From the NCBI RefSeq assembly GCF_041956535.1, contig NW_027192215.1, positions 427,668-491,667 of the forward strand: a stretch of DNA of 64,000 nt, written 5' to 3'. Positions 1 to 10,335 of the stretch are shown piece by piece; position 1 is the first letter of the stretch; each line of letters starts with the position of its first letter. Both the position numbers and the translations under genes were made by a program. Origin of the DNA: Calcarisporiella thermophila CBS 279.70. Taxonomy: Eukaryota > Fungi > Calcarisporiellomycota. A model generated the notes under the pieces. It was not told where the DNA came from, made no database searches, and worked only from the letters and a program-made list of their open reading frames with translations.

Positions 1-778
1 AGGCTACACCCGTATCACTATCACCCTTACGAAACGGTGGCGATTCACCAAGAGACATTAGAACGGCAATCGGTATATCACCCTAACAATGCAGTTCATA
101 TTATGGATAGAAAGAGGTGAGTGCAAGCAGAATTACCATAGTAATTCGGAGCAAATGCTCTAACAGGTCCACTTACCCAATTACCCCAAGTTGATACTGC
201 GATGACCGCATAGGAAAAGTTGCCTGGCAAACGGCAGAAACGTCTAATAAGGCACCCTAACAGGAATCCCATGACTAAATAGAAAATTGCTATCAAAGCT
301 ATGACCCTAATGCCACAAAGTAATGTAGTAAGAGTCAGAGCCCACCTTCCCCGGTTATCAGAATGAACAGAATGCCTTGGTCCTTCAGTTAAAACTCACC
401 CAACATCTTCGATATTCTCTAAGCTGATACCCGCAACGGTCTTCGAAAAAAGTAAAGAGGGAGATAAGAAGTTGACGATGACCTAGAACGAGGAAGGCCG
501 TGAGAATGGATTTTTCATAAGGCTAATTTTTTCTTTCTACCGTTAAGCTTATTCACCTTGGATATCAACTTTAGCCCCATCCCGTCTAGGATACCTGCTC
601 TCGCCATCAATGCACCTCCGGCTAGCATCAGAAAAAGAAAAGGCGAGAATAAGAAATAAATTTACGCTTGCGCGCACAATCCATCAATAGAAAATTGGCG
701 CCCAGCCCTACCAGAAGCAATGAAAATCTTTAGGACCGGCCTAACGCTAATCCATATCAGCTCTCCTAGTGTCGCCAT
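1..778 (-). CDS. Auxin efflux carrier (Mem_trans/PILS-like) membrane transporter, 5' part, multi-exon; continues beyond window start
   Basis: Manual splicing gives MATLGELIWISVRPVLKIFIAS / AGGALMARAGILDGMGLKLISK / VIVNFLSPSLLFSKTVAGISLENIEDVG / ...AVIAVSTWGNW / GDIPIAVLMSLG; the P.LLFSK and GNWGDIP motifs are typical of the family; GT-AG introns. Confidence 0.85.
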
Positions 779-3621
779 ACGATATAGTGGTATTAGGTGC
801 GGTGGGATAAGAATACCGAAAGGGAGTCAAGTCGGCTAATTGGGGACTGGGTATATATAAATGATCACAACCTGGGAGCACTTTTTCTAGCATTTCCAAA
901 ATATCCAAGCGAGCAGGGGATTCCAGCCAATCAGTGAAGATTGTTTTGCAATTACACTTTGTTATTCAACAAAAGGTAACACCGGCAAAAAGCAGTCCCG
1001 ACCTTCCCAGTTTGACCTGGAACCACTATGGATATTTGAAAAAATTTGGAGAGCCAAGTTTGAGAATGAGCGGCTAGATGAATTTGATCTTCATGCTAAT
1101 CCGTGGGAATAGGTCGATGAATATCTAGAATATGTGCTTATGCTCTTTATTCACATATAAACTGGCATACTACCTCGCCCCTCCCGCCCGTCGACGCAAT
1201 GTTGACTAACCGTCCGACTACTCAGCGTTGCACCATATGCATAGAAGTGCATAAGGTATGCTTGCTCATATATACTTAACCATATGGCAAATATAGACTT
1301 TCTATCGCTGGATCAAGAATGGCCAGATTGACATAATCCAATGAGGGGCCAGTCATACGACAGGATTAATAGGAGTCATTAATAAGCCAACGAGAAAGTA
1401 ATGAGTGCGAAATCCACATGGTTACGCATGGTTTTTAGATTTGGGAATGATGCACAAGTTCGTCAGATGTCAGGGCTTATATATTTACGCGTTAATTCAT
1501 CTCCGCTTCGCTTTTTTGCCAGAGGTTCCCAATGACTCCCAAATAACAATACATGCATCCTCATTAAGGTAATCAGAAATTTTTGGATCACGAGCGGCAC
1601 ATGAGATATTTAGATTAATGCAAGTATGCCAGTACCTTTATAACAATTAAAGTTTGCCATCCCAAATCCTGGATTCTATAAATGTGTTTGATTAAAATGA
1701 TACAATGATCATTCCTTACATACAGTATAGGCTTTACCATTTCACTGGTATATTGTTAATTATTTTCACAGAAGTTCCCTGCATCATTTTTGCCTTATCT
1801 AAATCCTTTGGACGCTTACGCTGTATATGAGAATATATTGCAGATATATTAATACACTTTATCCTTTTAACTAAGCGTTTTTCTATACTATCTGTGTATC
1901 TATAAGTAGTGGCCATTCTACAATTATTAGCACTTCTAAATATCTTTATCACTAAGGGTATTTGGCATATAATATCCAGAATTAAATGCAGCATAGAAAG
2001 GATTGTATTTATAAAAGCCGTGAATATTCAACAAAGATGATAATCTAAGGGATGGGGCATGGAGAAGCACTCTTCCTTCAAACCACATACTAGAGGACCT
2101 CATAATCTAAGTAATTCATAGTAGAAATATATTTATTTAAGGCATTGATTAAGGTAAGCTCAATATGAATTTTCATTATGTTATACAGAATCTCAAGGAA
2201 TGAATTGCAAATATAACTTTTAAAAACTTTCTCTAATTCGAAATGAGCCCTTTAGATGTCTAGTAAATGCCTACTGTCTCCATAGTATATCAGCATTCAA
2301 TACAAATATATACATTTTTTTAGTGGGCTTTTTCAAGGTATTCAAAATTTAATATTTTCCGATTAATTCGCTCAGATGCTATTAAAATAAAGGATTGTTT
2401 GTATACTATACTGGGACAGTAAAGTGTGACATCATAAAACCATGAAATTTGGAGAAGAAAGGGTCGCATTAAGTATAATGGATGTAAAGTTGTACCAGAA
2501 CAACCAATTTGAGCACAAAGTAACACTCATATTATTTCATCTGCTTATGATATATTGCGAAATATAAAATTGTACTGGTATACTGAATTTATATCTCTAT
2601 ATTGTAGAGCTTTAGATAAATGAATGGCAATAGCAGGTCTGGCGAAATGGCTTACTCCAACACTACTGGCAATAAGTTTAAGACGCATGATCCTACAACA
2701 CCAATATCTAAAGATCAATGGGTGGTGAATGATATTGCACTTTGCTAGTAATTAAAACATTGGAGAAAATTACCAGTTTCTTTCGCAGTTGACTGTCACA
2801 CATATTCATATAGTATAATATTACCAGAAAAAACAACGAACATTATATTCAATTCATTAGGAAAAGGCCAGGATTTTGAAATTTTACCTCGGGTAAAGCA
2901 TTCCAAATGACTTATAAAGGGAGAGGCTGCACTAATTGAGCTGAAAAAAAGAAGTGTGAATGATCTTTGGTAGGAGTCGTGCTTTTAGAGGTAAAGGAAC
3001 AAATATGAATAGTCTGGGTTACGGCAGAGTAAATAGCATTCAAATTGTTCTCTTTAAAATCAAACTTCTTCGCTTTATTTCAACCTAAAACTGACTTGGT
3101 CGGCTTCTATTAAACTGTTAAAGTCAATTATTGAACTTCTATCGTGGTAAACGCTTAGTGCAAGTTTAAATTTAGTGATTTGCTTTTATATCCCACTAGA
3201 TGAAGTTTTATTCCCAAAACCTTAGTGAAAAAAAGTAACACCCCATTTATTCAGGAATAAAAGCAATTTGAGAGCTGATAGGATGATATTAAAAGTAGAA
3301 TGAATTTATATAATATTTTAGTTATCAAAGATATGTCTAGTTTCTTTAATGTAGAACCAGGATATTGATACTTATGATATTGTCTATTTTACTGTGGTTA
3401 AAAAGACAATATCATAATTTTTCAATAACTGATTACGAGATAATATCCTCTACGATAGCTATAAAAGCTTATTAGAAACTTTTTTATTTTCGTGGGAATA
3501 TGTTCCTGGGAAACAACTCATTTTATACCTTTGGGAAAATAGAAATGATATAAATAGAGCAACAGTATCTTGATTTATTAAGCTGGAGGCCTCCGATTGC
3601 AAATACCATTGCCTATTTACA

Positions 3622-3768
3622 ATGAAACTCTTTATTATTGCGACCATACTAGTCGTATATATCACATTTTCTAAAGCAGTACCAGTTGAAATGCCTAAAT
3701 GTCCTCCTGATATGGTTCTCTGTGGAACTCATTGTTGTCATATTTCGAAGCGGAGAAGCGTCATCTAA
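3622..3768 (+). CDS. Small secreted cysteine-rich peptide (48 aa), not in ORF track
   Basis: MKLFIIATILVVYITFSKA-VPVEMPKCPPDMVLCGTHCCHISKRRSVI*; signal-peptide-like N-terminus, 4 Cys, TATAAATA at 3549-3556. Confidence 0.7.
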   Translation: MKLFIIATILVVYITFSKAVPVEMPKCPPDMVLCGTHCCHISKRRSVI

Positions 3769-4864
3769 TCCAAAGATATGTAAAACTTTTTATAAGTCCT
3801 TAACCATGAAAACAATTGATAATGTACGATCAAAAATTTTCTTTTATATTGAAAGTGATATTTAAGTAATTGATTGAAAATTCAATGTAGCTTCAGGTAT
3901 TTTCTATTCTAAATTTTGTTCTTCCGACGATTTCTCTCAATTTAAGAGTTATTAAAATTGAAAACTCTATCTCTCTAGGAGATTTTAAATATTGACAATC
4001 CATTTCAGGATCCTAAATCATTGTGTTGATTAATTGATAACTATGCTTAGTAAACTAAGAGCTCAAATTTACCTTTATTATTTCAAACATTCTATGAGAT
4101 CTTTTACTGAAAAATTTATCTGATCGTAGAGTGATAGTGACAGTAGATCTCTATATCAATAGCAGCTTGACATTCTTCTACGTTAGCAAGGCATAAAGTG
4201 ACAATAGGAGTTTCTGATATTATGGGAGCTGGATGAAAATATCAATTAGCTACCGAAGCAGTAGTAAGTTCTACCAGAGATAGGAAGAGATTCAGCCCAT
4301 TTTTTCCATTTTTTTTTGTCTTATTAACTTTTCTTTTGAATTTGTTTATATTGTCTTATTATGCTACATCTAGTAGAGTTTTTTGACTTAATATATTTCT
4401 TTTGACATTATATTTTACATTTATTTTCCCTTTATTTTTTTGTTAGGAGAATCTTTATTAGAAAATATCCTTTTTCGTGCCTATTAAAGGAGATTAATAA
4501 ACGTATCAGAAAACAAGAAATCCATGAAAGAATCGGGGGTTATACAGAGATTGTATTTAGCCTTCCTATTTTTCAAGGATAGGAAAGCAGAAATACGAGG
4601 AGAAGCAAAAACAAAAAAAAATAGACTAAAATTTTTAATGTGTATAAGGGATGGAGATGTTAGGACGCTGAATCCAGGGAGGGACAGGTACAGCTGATAG
4701 GGTATTCGGCACAGTCGTATTGGAGTCAACTGTTTAGGAAAAAGGATATTTCGTCTCCTTGGATTATATTTATTTTCATTCAAAATTCCTAACTGTATTG
4801 TTTGGTTAATAGTAATTTTAAAATAGCAATAAAAACCTATCCAGCGCTTGAGAAAAAGTCAAGA

Positions 4865-4936
4865 AGGAGAACTCGGGATTTGAACCCGAAACCTTAAGAT
4901 CTGCAGTCTCACGCTCTACCGTTGAGCTAGCTCTCC
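4865..4936 (-). tRNA. tRNA-Cys (GCA)
   Basis: 72-nt cloverleaf GGAGAGC...GTTCTCC-T, A box TAGCTCAACGG, anticodon arm TGAGA-CTGCAGA-TCTTA, B box GGTTCAAATCC. Confidence 0.97.
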
Positions 4937-5017
4937 CTTCACCACAATTTAATTGGAGCAGTTTAATTTTTGTCACGGTAAATATAATTAGCAGTCACGA
5001 CTATAGTTCCTAGTTAA

Positions 5018-5885
5018 GTTTTTCCAAGAGTGGAGCGGAACATGCCGATACAATCGGAAATGGAGCGTAGATATTCTGCGCAACTCACGGAAAGGCTAAA
5101 AAGAGCGTGCGAACGTCGCTATAACGATTTTTCCTTAGAATGGGAACACGGATACCTTATCCTGCCCCCCAACCTAGTAGAGAAAATCACGAAATGTTCT
5201 GCCATACCCCGACAACATCCTCCTCCTCGTTTCCCACTTCACCATTGTCACCTGGCTGGCGCGCCCGTCCCGGAATACTCCACTCGACAGGGAAGGCACT
5301 TCCAGCGAAATGGCTCTCCGGAACCAGAAACGCTGACGCCCCAATCCTGGCCAGAGGTCACATCCACGGCAAAGGAATGGGAAAAGGTCTGGACCTCCAT
5401 CCAAAAACGGCCAACACTCCCAAAACACCGCACACTACGCTGGCGAATCCTCGTAGAGCGTGTAATTACAGACTCGACATTCCCTGGTCATAACCCGAAA
5501 TGTACCCGCTGTAACGCTCCGAGGGACACCATCCGCCACACCTTCTTCGAATGTCCCGAACTCACTTCAGTGTGGCATTGGACGGAAAGGTGTATCAACA
5601 CCATATCAGGCCCCCTAAACACTCAGGTGCTGAGCCCCAGGAACCTCGTACTTGGCGACCTACCAGAAGCCCCAAGGACAGTAAGACACGCGGCTCAAAT
5701 CATCTTCGATTCGGTGTTATGGCAAATCCATCAGGACCGAATCTCCTACCATTTCGAATGCATTCGAGCATCACCTGAGACAATCATCCTCCGTGCCAAA
5801 ATGGACATCGAGGAGGCTATCGGAGGTGAACTGATAAAGGCACGAAAAAGACGAGAGATAGAGTTATTCCGAAGAAGGTGGTGCA
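5018..5885 (+). mobile_element. 5'- and 3'-truncated L1/Tx1-type non-LTR retrotransposon (copy A), ORF2 C-terminus
   Basis: zf-RVT-type region W..VW...LPKHRTLRWRIL...CTRC...DTIRHTFFECP...VW; colinear with copy B; similarity ends at RRRWC. Confidence 0.9.
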
Positions 5886-5895
5886 GTCAGCAATA

Positions 5896-7251
5896 TTTTT
5901 TTTTGATCAATGCCGAGTCTTTATTGTATAGGAAGACTCTAAAATACAATTGTTACATTATTATAAGCAATAAAGTGAAAGGGAAGCCAAAGTTAAAGCT
6001 TTGTGTGATATCGTAGATCGAAATGATATGTTGGTCATATCGACTTTCAGCTCAAATAGGTAAGAGAATGGTGAAACCCAACTAACTGTGGATATCAAAG
6101 GATAACATGAGAGGTGGGGTGGGTAGTAAACAGATGGAAGCAGAGGATAGGGAGGGGATAAGGTAGGAATTACTGCGTTATCCCAGTATCAGTGCCGCTC
6201 CGATCGCTCCTTCTCTAACCGCACCCAGCTTGCACCACCTTCTTCGAAACTGTTCGATTTGCCGGTTTTTTCGTGCTCGGATTAGTTCGGCTCCTATCAC
6301 TTCCTCAATATCTAGTTTGGCCCGGTTGATGATTATTTCGGGTGAGGCTCGGGTGCTTTCGAAATGAAAGGCGATCCGATCTCGGTGGATTTGCCACAAC
6401 ACCGAGTCAAAAGTAATTCGGGCTACGTGTCTCGCTGTTCTCGAGGATTCCGTGAGGTCTCCTAGAATGAGGTTGCGAGCAGTCAGCACCGGAGTATTCT
6501 GGGGGACCTGTGATGGTGACGATGCACCTCTCCGCCCACTGCCACACTGGTGTGAGTTCAGGACATTCGAAGAAAGTATGACGAATTGTGTCTCTTGAGG
6601 CGTTACATCGGGTGCACTTCGGGTCGTGACCAGGAAGTGTCGAGTTAGTGATCACTCGTTCCACAAGAATCCGCCAGCGTAGCGCACGGTGTTTTGGGAG
6701 GGTGGGTCGTTTGTGGACGGAAGTCCAGATTTTCTTCCAATCCTCGGGTGTAGATCCAGCCTCTGGCCAAGATTGAGGCACCAATATGTTCAGCTCTAGA
6801 GAGCCGTTGCGCCGGAAGTGACGTCCTTGTCGGGTGGAGTATTCTACGACAGGCCTGCCGGCCAGGTGGCAGTGATAAAGTGGGAAACGGGGGTGAGGGT
6901 GTTGTTGCGGTATATCAGTACACTCCGTGACCTTTGCAACTAAGCTCGGGGGTAAGTTGAGGTAACGGAGCTCCCATCCAAGAGAACAGCTGCAGTATCG
7001 GCGGTGGCACGCGTTCCTTAGCTTTTCAGTAGGGAGCACAGAGTATCTACGTTCCATTTCCGATTGCCTTCCAATATTCCTGTCAAATAAAGCCTGATTA
7101 TNNNNNNNNNNNNNNNNNNNNGGGTGTTGGGGGTTTTGGCTCCTCCATCTGTCGGCCCTCGTCTGTGATTAACGGGCACTTGTAGAGAGGTAGAGACAAG
7201 ACCTCGGTCGCAGTCCAGTTTGGTGATGCTACTGGGCTACCGGGTGAAAAG
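5896..7251 (-). mobile_element. 5'-truncated L1/Tx1-type non-LTR retrotransposon (copy B) with 3' UTR and poly(A)
   Basis: Same zf-RVT domain (one frameshift near 6500), stop at 6178, about 270-bp 3' UTR, AATAAA (5920-5925 rc), A9 tail (5896-5904 rc); segment 7122-7251 beyond the small gap reads WTATEVLSLPLYKCPLI, which is ORF2-like. Confidence 0.9.
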
Positions 7252-7320
7252 ATATTATGTGACTGCTATTTATACTTACCGTGACAAAAACTAAACTCCT
7301 CCAATCAAAACGTGGCGAAA

Positions 7321-7392
7321 GGAGAGCTAGCTCAACGGTAGAGCGTGAGACTGCAGATCTTAAGGTTTCGGGTTCAAATCCCGAGTTCTCCT
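7321..7392 (+). tRNA. tRNA-Cys (GCA)
   Basis: Identical to the copy at 4865-4936; followed by an oligo-T Pol III terminator near 7399. Confidence 0.97.
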
Positions 7393-7586
7393 CTTTCCTT
7401 TTTTTTTAAACTACCATAATCAATTAGATTTGACAAGGGATATCAACTTTCAGTTAGTGAGGCCACTTGAGATATCATTTAAATCAACAATGATTATCTC
7501 GTCTCGAATTGACTTACCTACAATGAGGTAGTGTTTAATTCAATGGCTTGTCTAGTCAAATTATTACCTAACCAACGTAATAATGG

Positions 7587-8003
7587 TGTCGCGTTGGAAA
7601 TAGGAGATGTGTGGTAGGAGGGGATTATCTCAACTATCTTAACGCTATCTCAAGTCATCTGCTTATCCGTATGCAGATATGCACTTAAGATAGGAGATGC
7701 CGAGAGCTTGATATCCAGAAAATAGAACTTTGAATCCTTACTTTATTACATAAAAGTTATCACCCTTTTTATAATAATGCTAGATAAAACTATGACTCAT
7801 AACAAATAATCAAAGAATAGCTCAATATTCAATAGGACTATAGCTGTTGCTAGTATTCAATAAAGCCAAGAAAATCCTCAATAAAACTAAAATAAATAGT
7901 AATACTCAGTAAAACTAAAATATGCATATTCTTTGAAAGATATCGAATCCCACAAACGCCGTCATAATCTTATGCTCCACGTTACTCTATTCTCGTCGTA
8001 ACA
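7587..8003. mobile_element. Solo LTR (417 bp)
   Basis: TGTCGCG...CGTAACA termini, ATGG on both sides (7583-7586, 8004-8007); internal part similar in reverse complement to 8590-8720. Confidence 0.65.
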
Positions 8004-8007
8004 ATGG

Positions 8008-8431
8008 TGTTGTGAGGAGATTTGGCACAATATGGAATTATGGCGCAGTAGGAGGAAAGGTGGCTTTGGCGGCTTATTTTTCTTTTATATTTCTTTAAGA
8101 TTTGGGATGGATATATTTCTTGGGATGGTTTTATTAGTATATTTATTAGCTTACGGTTACGGTTAACATATTTTTCCTTGATTACCTCATTATATTTTTA
8201 TTATCTCGTTTACATTTATGTTTGTGGTACGTTATCTTTAGTGTAAAAGAGAAACATCTTTGTTTACAATAAAAGTGTGCTATTTTGTTTTGGGATAGAA
8301 CCGGATTACTTTACAATCCACTTTGTGTCGTTTATAGCCTTCTGAAGTGTTTAAGGAAGGACAATCAAGAGCTTAGGGATAGCTAGAGGATTGTCGGGAT
8401 AGACCTTATTAGACATATATTCGACGCAACA
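8008..8431. mobile_element. Solo LTR (424 bp)
   Basis: TGTTGTG...CGCAACA termini, ATGG on both sides (8004-8007, 8432-8435), internal AATAAA. Confidence 0.55.
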
Positions 8432-8441
8432 ATGGTGAAAG

Positions 8442-8740
8442 TGTTACGTAGAATATAAGATAGTATATAGAATAAGGATAAGATATTCGTAATCTCAGAA
8501 GTTTATCAATGTTTCTCTTTAATGTAATTCTTCTCTTATTTTAGTTATACTCAGTTTTAGTTAGAAACACTATATAAGTCTTAATGTTCCTTTTGTAATA
8601 AGAAAATACAGGATTCAAGTTCTTTATTTTTCTATATTTTTGGTTTACTTCCCACTATCTTAAGTGCGTGTTCTGCATCAAGGACTGCAGAAGACTTAAA
8701 ATAGTAATCGGATAAGCGGGATACGTACATTATCTCAACA
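8442..8740. mobile_element. LTR-like relic related to 7587-8003 (opposite orientation)
   Basis: TGTTA...CAACA ends; shared blocks GCTTATCCG, GCACTTAAGATAG and TTGAATCCT in reverse complement; no clear TSD. Confidence 0.45.
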
Positions 8741-8754
8741 CCTCCCAATCTTCC

Positions 8755-9203
8755 TGTTACAGGCAAAGGGAGATTTCGTGGAGAGCTGTGCGGATTCATT
8801 AATAATAAAAATAAGAGATTGGTCTTTTAATAAAAGACTAATAATAAAACTAACAATAATAATAATAATAATAATATAATGAAATAATAGCTTATCCTCA
8901 CCTTAATAATAAAAATAAGAGATTGGTGAGGAACAGTAAAACAAAATAGAGGGGTTTAAATAGAATTAAGAGATAAAGGAAATAGCTCAACTGGTGTTCA
9001 AGGATAAATAAAGATAAACCAACAAAATAGCAATCAACCTCAACAAAGTAACCATGAGGGAGCATAAGAGTAACCACGAGGGGTCGGCAACGTAGCGGTA
9101 AACAATTCTATTGGCTTCTCCACTTTAAAGATATCTCGCTTCCTGAATGCCTATGTGGCTGCCTTTGTGACTTCCCCGTACAAAAACCAATTATCTCGTA
9201 ACA
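8755..9203. mobile_element. Solo LTR (449 bp)
   Basis: TGTTAC...GTAACA inverted termini, TTCC TSD (8751-8754, 9204-9207), internal 25-bp direct repeat; architecture shared with 54312-54680. Confidence 0.75.
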
Positions 9204-10001
9204 TTCCTGTTGGAATCGTATCGAGATATCTGCAGTAGGACAACCAAGCCAAGCCACGTAATCCCTCAAGCCCTGCTATTTCGGAGCATTATCGGAGCAT
9301 TATTAAGTAATCGTTGTAATGTAATTCTTTTAGTATATATTGAACAGAACTCCCGCTATAGGAAAGGGAGACATCCTAAGTTCCAGATAGTATTCTTGTT
9401 TTTTTTTGNNNNNNNNNNNNNNNNNNNNNNNNNNNNNNNNNNNNNNNNNNNNNNNNNNNNNNNNNNNNNNNNNNNNNNNNNNNNNNNNNNNNNNNNNNNN
9501 NNNNNNNNNNNNNNNNNNNNNNNNNNNNNNNNNNNNNNNNNNNNNNNNNNNNNNNNNNNNNNNNNNNNNNNNNNNNNNNNNNNNNNNNNNNNNNNNNNNN
9601 NNNNNNNNNNNNNNNNNNNNNNNNNNNNNNNNNNNNNNNNNNNNNNNNNNNNNNNNNNNNNNNNNNNNNNNNNNNNNNNNNNNNNNNNNNNNNNNNNNNN
9701 NNNNNNNNNNNNNNNNNNNNNNNNNNNNNNNNNNNNNNNNNNNNNNNNNNNNNNNNNNNNNNNNNNNNNNNNNNNNNNNNNNNNNNNNNNNNNNNNNNNN
9801 NNNNNNNNNNNNNNNNNNNNNNNNNNNNNNNNNNNNNNNNNNNNNNNNNNNNNNNNNNNNNNNNNNNNNNNNNNNNNNNNNNNNNNNNNNNNNNNNNNNN
9901 NNNNNNNNNNNNNNNNNNNNNNNNNNNNNNNNNNNNNNNNNNNNNNNNNNNNNNNNNNNNNNNNNNNNNNNNNNNNNNNNNNNNNCATCCACACAACAAA
10001 A

Positions 10002-10073
10002 GGAGAGCTAGCTCAACGGTAGAGCGTGAGACTGCAGATCTTAAGGTTTCGGGTTCAAATCCCGAGTTCTCCT
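10002..10073 (+). tRNA. tRNA-Cys (GCA)
   Basis: Identical 72-nt sequence, followed by T runs; assembly gap ends 16 bp upstream. Confidence 0.97.
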
Positions 10074-10335
10074 TTTCATTTTAATTTGAATTTGCTAACT
10101 ATCTGGTCAACCTTGAATCTTTAGATTGTATTCGGGTGAGTCTGTAAACATATATTTTTAATGCCATATATGCTTAAATATAATTTTTGCGATAATGAAC
10201 ATGAAAAATATTCTTATTTTTTTTAGCATATATCTGGAATGGCTGACTTGCCAATTTGATCCATTTTGAAATACTTTAATAATTTGCATTTTGCACAATC
10301 AACTCCAACTTATCAGCTCTGTATCCTATTTATTC

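Noticed and set aside
1700-3150. Possible decayed AAA-ATPase/PD-(D/E)xK gene (GKGQDFEILPR...AALIELKK near 2860-2950)
   Set aside because: Only one weak motif, many stops, and no Walker A found
5886-6016. C-terminal extension of the 328-aa ORF
   Set aside because: It is read-through into the antisense 3' UTR of LINE copy B
9210-10022. Long ORFs made of X residues (also 60487-60846)
   Set aside because: Artefacts of N gaps
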